Shown here: one piece after another, positions 46,290-54,754 of the stretch
Layout of the letters: every line of letters begins with the position of its first letter
Position numbering within the stretch: the stretch's first letter is position 1
Source: an uncultured Lachnospiraceae bacterium
GTDB taxonomy: Bacteria > Bacillota > Clostridia > Lachnospirales > Lachnospiraceae
Assembly (NCBI GenBank): GCA_902766365.1
Contig: CACXDC010000011.1
Coordinates: 29,323-93,322 of the forward strand
Length of the DNA: 64,000 nt
Direction of reading: 5' to 3'
Notes under the pieces: generated by a model
Databases searched by the model: none
Told to the model about the DNA's origin: nothing
The model's input: the letters and a program-made list of their open reading frames with translations, nothing else
Program-made: the position numbers and the translations under genes

Positions 46290-48731
46290 TTACTTAACGT
46301 CAAAAACAACTTTTCCTTTCCGGTAACCTGCAGACACCGTATCCCCTGCCTTGATCCTTCCTGAAAGAAGTTCCTCTGCAAGAGCATCCTCTACTACCTG
46401 CTGCAGCGCACGCTTTAACGGTCTTGCGCCCATCTTGTAGTCCGCATATTTCTCTACAAGATGCTCCTTCAGTGCTCTTGATGCACTCAGATGGATGGAA
46501 AGCTGCTTTTCACACCTTGCGGAGAGATTATGGAACAGCAGGCTGGTTATCTTTTCCATATCCTCTTTTGTCAGCGGATGGAATACCATGATCTCATCGA
46601 TACGGTTGATAAACTCCGGTTTAAACAGTCTTCTGACTTCCTCCATGACACCCTCTTTCATCCGGTCATAGTTCTGTTTTTCTGTTTCTGCCACACCAAA
46701 TCCCAGATTCTTTGGTGCAATGATACGCTGTGCCCCGGCATTTGAGGTCATGATCAGGATCGTATTTTTGAAGCTGACCTTCCTTCCCTTGGAATCTGTG
46801 ATATGACCGTCATCCAGCACCTGAAGAAGTACATTGAACACATCCGGGTGAGCCTTTTCAATCTCAACAAACAATACGACGGAATAAGGATTCTTGCGGA
46901 TCTTTTCACTGAGCTGTCCACCCTCTTCAAATCCTACATATCCCGGAGGTGAACCGATCATCTTGGATACAGAGTGACCTTCCATATACTCTGACATGTC
47001 CACACGGATCAGGGTATTTTCTGATCCGAACATAGCCTCTGCCAGTGCCTTGCTGAGTTCTGTTTTTCCTACACCGGTAGGACCAAGGAACAGGAACGAA
47101 CCGATCGGCTTCTCCGGATTCTGCAGACCGACCCGTCCCCTGCGGATCGCTTTTGATACGGCACTGACTGCTGCATCCTGTCCGATCACACGTTTATGCA
47201 GGATACTCTCCAGCTTCATCAGTCTTTCGCTCTCTGTTTCTGTCAGCTTTTTCACCGGGATCTTCGTCCACGCTGCCACAACTTCTGCAATATCGTTCTC
47301 TGTTACCTTAAGCTCACCCTTCTCCTGCTTCTTCCGGTTTGCTTCACAGGCCTTCTCATATTTGTGGATCAGCTTCTCCTGCTCCGCCCTGCATACGCCT
47401 GCCTTATCAAATTCCCTGCTCTTCAGGTAGCCTTCTACTTCCCTGTCGTAGGCAGCAAGCTCTTCCTGCATTTCCTTCAGTTTCTCAGGTACATGGGTTG
47501 CCTTCAGCCTGACGGCTGCAGAAGCTTCATCGATCAGGTCAATGGCCTTATCCGGCAGGTTCCTGTCATTGATATACCTCTCAGAAAGCTCTACTGCTGC
47601 TTTGATCGCTTCTTCTGTGATCACTACTTTGTGATGTTCCTCGTATTTGTGCACGATACCTTTGAGGATCCGCTCTGCTTCCTGCACAGTAGGCTCTTCT
47701 ACCATGACAGACTGGAATCTTCTCTCAAGTGCCGCATCCTTCTCCACATACTTATGATACTCTGCCACTGTGGTTGCTCCGATCAGCTGCAGCTCTCCTC
47801 TTGCCAGTGAAGGCTTTAAGATATTGGAAGCATCGATTGCCCCCTCTGCACCGCCTGCACCGATGATGGTATGCATCTCATCCAGAAACAGGATAATATT
47901 CCCATCCTCCTGTACCTCGTGGATCACCTTTTTCAGTCTTTCTTCAAACTCGCCGCGGTACTTGGAGCCTGCTACCATTCCTGAAAGATCCATGGTAAGG
48001 AGGCGTTTGTTCTGCACGGTAAAAGGAACCTCTCCGGCCACAATACGCTGTGCCAGTCCTTCTACTACCGCCGTCTTGCCAACACCCGGCTCGCCAATCA
48101 GACAGGGATTATTTTTGCTTCTTCTGCTCAGGATCTCAATGACACGCTGGATCTCCTGCTCTCTGCCGATCACAGGATCCAGTCTGCCATCCCTTGCCAG
48201 GGCAGTCAGATCTCTGCTGTACTGCTCCAGTGTGGTAGCCGCATTCTTTTTATTCTTCTGTCTGGCCGCCAGATCCTCCTTATACAATGCCGGATCCTCA
48301 CCCATAGCTGCCAGTGTGTCGATATACAGCTTCTGTATGGCTGCCCCCATGGTACGCAGAAGCCTTGTTGCCACACATTCATTTTCCTTGAGCAGGGACA
48401 GCAGGATATGTTCGGTGCCTGTCTTTTCTGCCCGGAAACGGTCAGCCTGCCTGTCAGCCTCCTGTAAAACAGCTTCTGCCTTTGGTGAATATTGTTCTCT
48501 GTCCTTTGTAACAACAGCCGCATCCGGACTGATCAGTTCTCTGATCATGGTAAGAAGCTGTTCTTCCTCTACTCCGTTTTCAGTCAGAACCCTTGCTGCT
48601 ACACCGGTTCCTTCCTTTAATAGTCCTGCCAGAATATGTTCCGTTCCCACATAGCCCGAATGAATCCTGGCTGCTGTTTTTTCTGCCAGCTTCAGCGCTT
48701 TCTGCGCCTTTTCTGTATAATTCGAACGCAT
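46290..48731 (-). CDS. clpC: ATP-dependent Clp protease ATP-binding subunit ClpC
   Basis: Clp N repeats, NBD1 GEPGVGKT / LFLDEMH, NBD2 GPTGVGKT. GGAGG lies 8 nt before ATG 48731. The NBD2 Walker B reads FVEIEKAH instead of the usual F/LDEIEKAH. Confidence 0.9.
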   Translation of the reverse strand: MRSNYTEKAQKALKLAEKTAARIHSGYVGTEHILAGLLKEGTGVAARVLTENGVEEEQLLTMIRELISPDAAVVTKDREQYSPKAEAVLQEADRQADRFRAEKTGTEHILLSLLKENECVATRLLRTMGAAIQKLYIDTLAAMGEDPALYKEDLAARQKNKKNAATTLEQYSRDLTALARDGRLDPVIGREQEIQRVIEILSRRSKNNPCLIGEPGVGKTAVVEGLAQRIVAGEVPFTVQNKRLLTMDLSGMVAGSKYRGEFEERLKKVIHEVQEDGNIILFLDEMHTIIGAGGAEGAIDASNILKPSLARGELQLIGATTVAEYHKYVEKDAALERRFQSVMVEEPTVQEAERILKGIVHKYEEHHKVVITEEAIKAAVELSERYINDRNLPDKAIDLIDEASAAVRLKATHVPEKLKEMQEELAAYDREVEGYLKSREFDKAGVCRAEQEKLIHKYEKACEANRKKQEKGELKVTENDIAEVVAAWTKIPVKKLTETESERLMKLESILHKRVIGQDAAVSAVSKAIRRGRVGLQNPEKPIGSFLFLGPTGVGKTELSKALAEAMFGSENTLIRVDMSEYMEGHSVSKMIGSPPGYVGFEEGGQLSEKIRKNPYSVVLFVEIEKAHPDVFNVLLQVLDDGHITDSKGRKVSFKNTILIMTSNAGAQRIIAPKNLGFGVAETEKQNYDRMKEGVMEEVRRLFKPEFINRIDEIMVFHPLTKEDMEKITSLLFHNLSARCEKQLSIHLSASRALKEHLVEKYADYKMGARPLKRALQQVVEDALAEELLSGRIKAGDTVSAGYRKGKVVFDVK

Positions 48732-48732
48732 C

Positions 48733-49107
48733 TTAAATTCCTCCATATTCTTCATAGATATCATCGATCATGGCATGGATCTCATCCTTGCTGATTCCCC
48801 TGCAGCTTGCCTTGGCAAGAAGCTTATGCAGTTCTGTATCGATCTCTTCAAGTGCCATGAGTTTATCCGCATTGACTGCGATCACAGCGCCTCTCCTTCT
48901 GTCCATCTGCACAAAGCCTTCCTGCCGCAGCACAGTATAGGCTTTATTTACCGTATGCATATTAATGCCAATCTCTTCTGCAAGTGCCCGGACAGACGGA
49001 AGAGAATCCCCTTCTTTAAATCTGGCCGTAGCGATCCCATATACGATCTGGTTCCGAAGCTGAATGTAAATCGCTTCTGTACTGTTAAAATCAATTTCTA
49101 TAATCAT
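48733..49107 (-). CDS. GntR-family (YtrA-like, short) transcriptional regulator
   Basis: The winged HTH reads GDSLPSVRALAEEIGINMHTVNKAYTVLRQEGFV. The stop codon is 1 nt from the clpC ATG. Confidence 0.85.
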   Translation of the reverse strand: MIIEIDFNSTEAIYIQLRNQIVYGIATARFKEGDSLPSVRALAEEIGINMHTVNKAYTVLRQEGFVQMDRRRGAVIAVNADKLMALEEIDTELHKLLAKASCRGISKDEIHAMIDDIYEEYGGI

Positions 49108-49192
49108 ATCTTATCCTGTCTTTATGGGTTACCCCAAAATCCCCTCTGCCGGATCTGCCACAGGCAGTTCCGCTTTCGACCTGGTAACAACA

Positions 49193-49219
49193 GGGAGGAA
49201 TAGCACCGCTATTCCTCCC
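49193..49219 (-). terminator. Hairpin after the SH3-protein gene
   Basis: 12-bp perfect stem GGGAGGAATAGC/GCTATTCCTCCC with a 3-nt loop. The flanks are moderately U-rich on both strands. Confidence 0.5.
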
Positions 49220-49239
49220 GTTTCTCTTTCGTAGTTTAT

Positions 49240-50580
49240 TTACAGATCTTTGTCATCCATATTCAGGAATTCAAATTCAAATTCATCATCATCTACGAGA
49301 AAATTCTGTGCCTTTCTTGACGGCTTTTTCACAGGCTTCTTTTCCTCGGCTGCTGTCAGATCTGCTTCCTGTCTTGATTTTTTCCGGACAGGTCTTTCCT
49401 CTTCTTCATAAAAGTCTTCTCTTTCCCTTGTCCGTTTCTTCTTTACAGGAACCGGTTCTTCTTCGTAATCCAGGTCACGGCTCTGTTTTTTCTTCTTCTT
49501 TACAGGAGGCTCCGGCTCTTCTTCCTCAAGTTCTTCCTCTTCGTCCTCATAATCTTCATAATAGTAAGCATCCTTCAGCTTGAAGATCAGAATGGTCACG
49601 ACTGCGATCAGTATCACCAGTACCACTGCCATAACAATGATAATGATCTTTTCTGTGGTCACCTGCTTCTGTAATGCTTCATTGTCAGCTCCTGTCTGAT
49701 TTACCACATCAAGCAGGTTCGTCACTGACATCATGGTACCATTTACATTATCATAGAGCCAGTAGGTTTCGTCGTTATACACTACTTCATAATCATTGTG
49801 TTCCGGTTCTGCCGGTGTCTCTTCCTGAGATTCTTCTGTATCAGTTCCTTCCGGTATTTCTGTGTTCTCTCCATCTGCAGGAGTTTCTTCAGATCCGTCT
49901 GCTTCTGCTGTATCAGTTCCATCTGTCTGTGAACCATCTGTATTTGCTGCTCCATCAGAAGAAGCTCCCATAGTGATCAGATCGGAACGGATATAGCCTT
50001 CCTTGGAAGAACCATTCTTGTTAAAACGGATCTGATACCACTTCTTTCCTGCACTGTCTGTCGCCTCGCCGATCAGCGTAACACTTTCTCCCTTGGAAAG
50101 AGATGCCACCGGATCATGCGAAGTAGATGCACCGGAACGGATCTTTGCACTGTCAACTGCAATCGTTGCTGCCTGTTCTCCAATAGATGTAGGTACAGTA
50201 TCTGCCGGCTTTTCTGTAGTTGTAGTTGTTGTCGCTGCCGCAGTAGATGCTGCTTCTACCTTGATGTCATCTGATGTTTCTACAAGATCAGAACGGATAT
50301 AGCCATAGGTATTATTACCATTTGGTACCTTATACCACACGGTTCCTGAAGAGTCCTTTACAGCCCCTACAATATCAATCGTCTTGCCCTTGACTGTGCT
50401 TCCCACTACAGAACTGCCTGTACTTGCTTCAGAACGGATCTTTGCGGTTTCCGCTACTACCTTTCCTGAAGCTGCCAGACTGGTAAATGTCTGCAGTGAT
50501 ACGACCATAACAAAAGCCGCCACACCAAGCATTCCTCTGATCCAGGTTTCTTTCTGAAATAAAGCTTTCATTGCCTTCAC
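49240..50580 (-). CDS. Membrane-anchored protein with two bacterial SH3 domains and a highly charged C-terminal tail
   Basis: Two copies of the AKIRSxASTxS...GYIRSDL pattern, an acidic linker, one TM helix, and an E/K-rich tail. Confidence 0.7.
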   Translation of the reverse strand: MKAMKALFQKETWIRGMLGVAAFVMVVSLQTFTSLAASGKVVAETAKIRSEASTGSSVVGSTVKGKTIDIVGAVKDSSGTVWYKVPNGNNTYGYIRSDLVETSDDIKVEAASTAAATTTTTTEKPADTVPTSIGEQAATIAVDSAKIRSGASTSHDPVASLSKGESVTLIGEATDSAGKKWYQIRFNKNGSSKEGYIRSDLITMGASSDGAANTDGSQTDGTDTAEADGSEETPADGENTEIPEGTDTEESQEETPAEPEHNDYEVVYNDETYWLYDNVNGTMMSVTNLLDVVNQTGADNEALQKQVTTEKIIIIVMAVVLVILIAVVTILIFKLKDAYYYEDYEDEEEELEEEEPEPPVKKKKKQSRDLDYEEEPVPVKKKRTREREDFYEEEERPVRKKSRQEADLTAAEEKKPVKKPSRKAQNFLVDDDEFEFEFLNMDDKDL

Positions 50581-50591
50581 TTCTTTTCTCC

Positions 50592-51053
50592 TTATCTTTC
50601 TCTTATAAAGCGTCTCTCTCCGGTTTCTTCACGGAAGCCTTCACTGCCTCCCTGAACACCGGATTTCCTCATCCTGCGCGCTTCTTCCTCGAGCTGTCTG
50701 TGATACAGCTGTTCACATTTACTGCATAATCTGCCACTGCTGATATTGGCACCACACATTTCACATCGTATATAGCCACCGGCATTGTTGATGATCTCAA
50801 ACCGGTTATCTTTGATCATATCACGTATGGACTTATGAGTTACGCCTGTGGCATCTGATATCTCGGCTACATTTGCTCCCTTATGCTCATCCAGATAATT
50901 GCGCACTTTTCCATAATCATCATATTCCTGATGTCCACACTCTTCACATTCATATTCACCAAGTCCCTTGTAAACAAGGACCCCACCGCACTTCTCACAG
51001 TAGGACGGCCTGTGCAGCTCACCCATGCTGAATATCGCACGTCTCATATCCAT
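50592..51053 (-). CDS. Zinc-ribbon plus HTH-like protein (YvyF-like?)
   Basis: CEKCGG...CEECGH and CEMCG...CSKC pairs flank a putative HTH (ANVAEISDATGVTHKSIRDMIK). The family name is tentative. Confidence 0.45.
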   Translation of the reverse strand: MDMRRAIFSMGELHRPSYCEKCGGVLVYKGLGEYECEECGHQEYDDYGKVRNYLDEHKGANVAEISDATGVTHKSIRDMIKDNRFEIINNAGGYIRCEMCGANISSGRLCSKCEQLYHRQLEEEARRMRKSGVQGGSEGFREETGERRFIRER

Positions 51054-51082
51054 CTTACGTCACCTTCCCCATTCTCACATGC

Positions 51083-52354
51083 TCAGGCTTCATCAATTGC
51101 CTTTCCAATATCATGACGCATATATTTGTTTTCAAACGTAATCCATTCTGTCGCAGCATAGGCATTTTTTCTGGCTTCCTTCAGGTCAGCCCCCTTCGCT
51201 GTGATACCAAGGACACGTCCTCCATTTGTCACAATCCCTTTTTCTGTTTTGGCTGTTCCTGCATGGAAACAGAAATAAGAATCCTGTCCCTCGAATTTCT
51301 CAAGACCATGGATCACAAATCCTTTTTCATATCTGACCGGATAGCCGTCAGATGCAAGTACCACGCAGACCGCTGCATTGTCTTCGAACTCCAGATCGAT
51401 CTGATCCAGTCTGCCGTCAATGCAGGCCTCCATCACTTCTATGATATCATTTTTCATTCTGGGAAGCACTACCTGAGCCTCCGGATCACCAAATCTGGCA
51501 TTATATTCCAGAACCCTTGGTCCTTTCTCTGTCAGCATCAGTCCAAAAAAGATCACACCCTTAAACTCTCTGCCCTCTGCTGCCATGGCGTCCACAGTCG
51601 GCTGATAGATATATTTCCGGCAGAAGCTGTCCACTTCTTCTGTATAAAAAGGACTGGGCGAAAACGTTCCCATACCACCGGTATTTAATCCGGTATCTCC
51701 GTCTCCTGCTCTCTTGTGATCCTGTGCACTTGTCATGATCCGGATATTCTTTCCATCCACAAAGGAAAGAACCGATACCTCACGGCCTGTCATAAATTCT
51801 TCAATGACAAGTCTGTTTCCGGCACTGCCAAACTTCTTATCTTCCATGATCTCCCTGACACCGGCCTTCGCCTCGTCAAGATCCTGACAGATCAGAACGC
51901 CTTTTCCAAGAGCAAGTCCATCTGCTTTCAGGACAATGGGAAATTCTGCTGTTTCCAGATAATCGAGTGCTGCCTTCGGATCATCAAAATTCTCATAAGC
52001 TGCTGTCGGAATATTGTATTTTTTCATCAGATCCTTGGAAAATGCCTTGCTTCCTTCCAGAATGGCTGCATTTTTCCTTGGTCCGAATGCCCGAAGGCCC
52101 GCTTCTTCCAGTCTGTCTACCAGACCGCCCACCAGTGGATCATCCATTCCCACGATCGTCAGATCGATCTCTTTTTCTTTTGCGAATGCTACAATCTTGT
52201 CAAACTCCATAGCCCCGATGGGAACACATTCAGCGATCATTCCGATACCTGCATTACCCGGTGCACAATAGATCTTGCTTACTTTCTTACTTTTGGAAAC
52301 ACTGTATGCGATCGCATGTTCTCTGCCACCGCCGCCAACGATCAAAACCTTCAT
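51083..52354 (-). CDS. purD: Phosphoribosylamine-glycine ligase
   Basis: MKVLIVGGGGREHA and an ATP-grasp core. GGAGG lies 5 nt before ATG 52354. Confidence 0.95.
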   Translation of the reverse strand: MKVLIVGGGGREHAIAYSVSKSKKVSKIYCAPGNAGIGMIAECVPIGAMEFDKIVAFAKEKEIDLTIVGMDDPLVGGLVDRLEEAGLRAFGPRKNAAILEGSKAFSKDLMKKYNIPTAAYENFDDPKAALDYLETAEFPIVLKADGLALGKGVLICQDLDEAKAGVREIMEDKKFGSAGNRLVIEEFMTGREVSVLSFVDGKNIRIMTSAQDHKRAGDGDTGLNTGGMGTFSPSPFYTEEVDSFCRKYIYQPTVDAMAAEGREFKGVIFFGLMLTEKGPRVLEYNARFGDPEAQVVLPRMKNDIIEVMEACIDGRLDQIDLEFEDNAAVCVVLASDGYPVRYEKGFVIHGLEKFEGQDSYFCFHAGTAKTEKGIVTNGGRVLGITAKGADLKEARKNAYAATEWITFENKYMRHDIGKAIDEA

Positions 52355-52386
52355 ATCTGCCTCCATGAAATCCATGTAATCGTATT

Positions 52387-53013
52387 TTATTCTTCTACAA
52401 TGGCAATCCCGTCTTTCACGGTCACCCTGCCATGTGCAATCAGATCAATTGTCTTTGGAAGGATCTGCCACTCTGCCTCTTCCATTACCCTGTGCTGCAG
52501 TACCTCCGGTGTATCACCGTTCTTCACATAAACAGCTTTCTGCATGATAATGGCACCGTGGTCATAAACCTCATCCACAAAATGAACGGTAGCGCCTGTC
52601 ACCTTGACACCGCTCTTCAGTACTGCTTCATGGGGTTTCAGCCCATAAAATCCCTTTCCGCAGAAAGACGGGATCAGTGCCGGATGCACATTAATGATCC
52701 TGTTGTGATACTTTCTCACAAGCTCTGATGGCATCATGATCATCATGCCTGCCAGAACGATCAGATCCGGATTCTCCGCATCGATCGTTTCGATCAGCTT
52801 CTGATTAAAGTCCTCTCTGTCTGCAAAAGACTTCATATCTACAACAATATCCTTAATTCCATGTGTCCTTGCACGCTCCAGCGCCCTGACACCTGGCTTG
52901 TTACTCAGCACAAAGGAAAGCTCCACATCTGTGATCTTTCCACTCTCTACCGCATCAATAATGGCCTGCAGATTGGTACCGCCGCCTGCGGCAAGGATCC
53001 CTACTCTCAGCAT
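52387..53013 (-). CDS. purN: Phosphoribosylglycinamide formyltransferase
   Basis: [20 protein letters not shown] and the HFVDE motif. Confidence 0.9.
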   Translation of the reverse strand: MLRVGILAAGGGTNLQAIIDAVESGKITDVELSFVLSNKPGVRALERARTHGIKDIVVDMKSFADREDFNQKLIETIDAENPDLIVLAGMMIMMPSELVRKYHNRIINVHPALIPSFCGKGFYGLKPHEAVLKSGVKVTGATVHFVDEVYDHGAIIMQKAVYVKNGDTPEVLQHRVMEEAEWQILPKTIDLIAHGRVTVKDGIAIVEE

Positions 53014-54032
53014 AAGTCTACACCCTTCTCACCGGCAATGACCTTACCTACTACATAGCCCTTTTCGCCGGCTGCCTCAATAGCAGAAAGAACCTTATCC
53101 TTATCTGCCGGATCAATGGCAAGCACCATGCCAAGTCCCATATTAAAAGTATTATACATCATTTTCTCTGCAATGTTTCCTGTTTTCTGCAGCAGCCTGA
53201 AAATAGGAAGAACCGGATAGCTGTCCTTCTCTACCACTGCACGTACCCCTTCCGGAAGCATACGGGGAATATTTTCATAAAAGCCGCCGCCGGTAATATG
53301 GCTGCATCCCTTAACGGTCACACCGGCTTTCTTAATGGCCTGTAATGTCTTTACATAAATCTTGGTCGGAGCGATCAGTGCCTCACCAAGCGTTGTACCC
53401 AGTTCATCATAGTAGGTTGCAAGGGATTCCTTTGTCATCTCAAACACCTTACGTACCAGAGAAAATCCATTGCTGTGGACACCTGAGGAAGCAATACCGA
53501 TCAGCATATCGCCGTCCTTGATATTTTCTCCGGTGATCAGATCCTTTCTGTCTACCACACCAACTGCAAAGCCTGCAAGGTCATATTCATCCTCCGGCAT
53601 CAGTCCGGGGTGCTCTGCTGTCTCGCCGCCGACAAGGGCAGCTCCTGCCTGCTTACATCCCTCTGCAACACCCTTTACGATCGTTGCGATCTTCTCAGGA
53701 TAGTTCTTGCCACAGGCTATATAATCAAGGAAAAATAAAGACTCTCCACCGGCACAGGCTACATCATTGACACACATAGCTACTGCATCAATACCGATCG
53801 TGTCATGCTTATCCATCAGAAATGCCAGCTTCACCTTCGTACCACAGCCGTCTGTTCCAGATAACAGCACCGGATCCTCCATGTCCTTAATGTTCTTCAG
53901 GGAAAATGCTCCTGAGAAACCACCGATCCCGCCAAGAACCTCTGGTCTCATCGTCTCTTTCACATACTTCTTCATTAACTCCACAGATTCATAACCTGCT
54001 TCAATATCCACACCGGCTGTCTTGTAGTCCAT
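53007..54032 (-). CDS. purM: Phosphoribosylformylglycinamidine cyclo-ligase (AIR synthetase)
   Basis: [13 protein letters not shown]..., DGCGTK and [11 protein letters not shown]. Confidence 0.95.
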   Translation of the reverse strand: MDYKTAGVDIEAGYESVELMKKYVKETMRPEVLGGIGGFSGAFSLKNIKDMEDPVLLSGTDGCGTKVKLAFLMDKHDTIGIDAVAMCVNDVACAGGESLFFLDYIACGKNYPEKIATIVKGVAEGCKQAGAALVGGETAEHPGLMPEDEYDLAGFAVGVVDRKDLITGENIKDGDMLIGIASSGVHSNGFSLVRKVFEMTKESLATYYDELGTTLGEALIAPTKIYVKTLQAIKKAGVTVKGCSHITGGGFYENIPRMLPEGVRAVVEKDSYPVLPIFRLLQKTGNIAEKMMYNTFNMGLGMVLAIDPADKDKVLSAIEAAGEKGYVVGKVIAGEKGVDLC

Positions 54033-54065
54033 TTCTTTCTCCTTTTCTCTTTGCTTATCGTATTC

Positions 54066-54575
54066 TTACTGATTCAGGTAATTCTCATATCCAATCTGCT
54101 GCAGCTTTAGATCCTTTGCTTCTACCTGCTCCTTCAGATTTTCTGTATAAGCTTCCAGCCTTGCCAGCAGTTCATCATCACCGGTTGCCAGCATCTTTGC
54201 TGCAAGGATCGCTGCATTCTTAGCCCCGTCAATAGCGACTGTTGCAACCGGAACTCCGGGAGGCATCTGCATAATGGAGAACACTGCATCCATGCCATCC
54301 AGTTTCTTACCGGAAAGAGGAACCCCTATAACAGGCAGGGAAAAGAGTGCTGCGCACATTCCAGGCAGTGCTGCTGCCATTCCTGCTCCTGCAATGATCA
54401 CCTTTAATCCACGTTCCTTCGCTGATCTTGTCCATTCGATCAGAAGATCCGGTTCTCTGTGTGCGGAAATAATTCTCATCTCATATTCAATTCCCAGTTC
54501 CTTCAGCATCGCTGCGGCACCGCTCATCACTTTAAGATCTGAGTCACTGCCCATGACGATTCCTACCTTTGGCAT
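54066..54575 (-). CDS. purE: 5-(carboxyamino)imidazole ribonucleotide mutase
   Basis: VGIVMGSDSD, SAHREP and AGMAAALPG. Confidence 0.95.
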   Translation of the reverse strand: MPKVGIVMGSDSDLKVMSGAAAMLKELGIEYEMRIISAHREPDLLIEWTRSAKERGLKVIIAGAGMAAALPGMCAALFSLPVIGVPLSGKKLDGMDAVFSIMQMPPGVPVATVAIDGAKNAAILAAKMLATGDDELLARLEAYTENLKEQVEAKDLKLQQIGYENYLNQ

Positions 54576-54639
54576 AATTTTCTCCTCCTGTTTGCGTAGT
54601 CCCGAACATTTACATCATACTATAACCAACTTCCTGATT

Positions 54640-54737
54640 CAACTCCAAAATGATCCACCGGATCATTTTCTCATATGCATGGCAACTCCAAAGCGATCCG
54701 CCAGGTCACTTTCTCATATGCATGGCAACTCCAAATG
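54640..54737. repeat. 43-bp tandem repeat, 2.3 copies, in the purE upstream region
   Basis: Units at 54640-54682 and 54683-54725 match at 37 of 43 positions, followed by a partial third unit at 54726-54737. Unit 1 contains the palindrome TGATCC-ACC-GGATCA. Confidence 0.85.
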
Positions 54738-54754
54738 TAACAATTTATTGTTTC

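Noticed and set aside
49240-49600. Nucleotide-level repetitiveness (ttcttc / cttctt runs) at the 3' end of the SH3-protein gene and at 58350-58480
   Set aside because: It is explained by the Glu/Lys-rich low-complexity coding sequence and is not an independent repeat element.
54640-54737. CRISPR array
   Set aside because: The repeats are directly adjacent with no spacers, there are only 2.3 units, and no cas genes are present.
54576-54754. Purine riboswitch or T-box leader upstream of purE
   Set aside because: No purine-aptamer junction sequences or T-box motif were found by eye. The region is dominated by the 43-bp tandem repeat.
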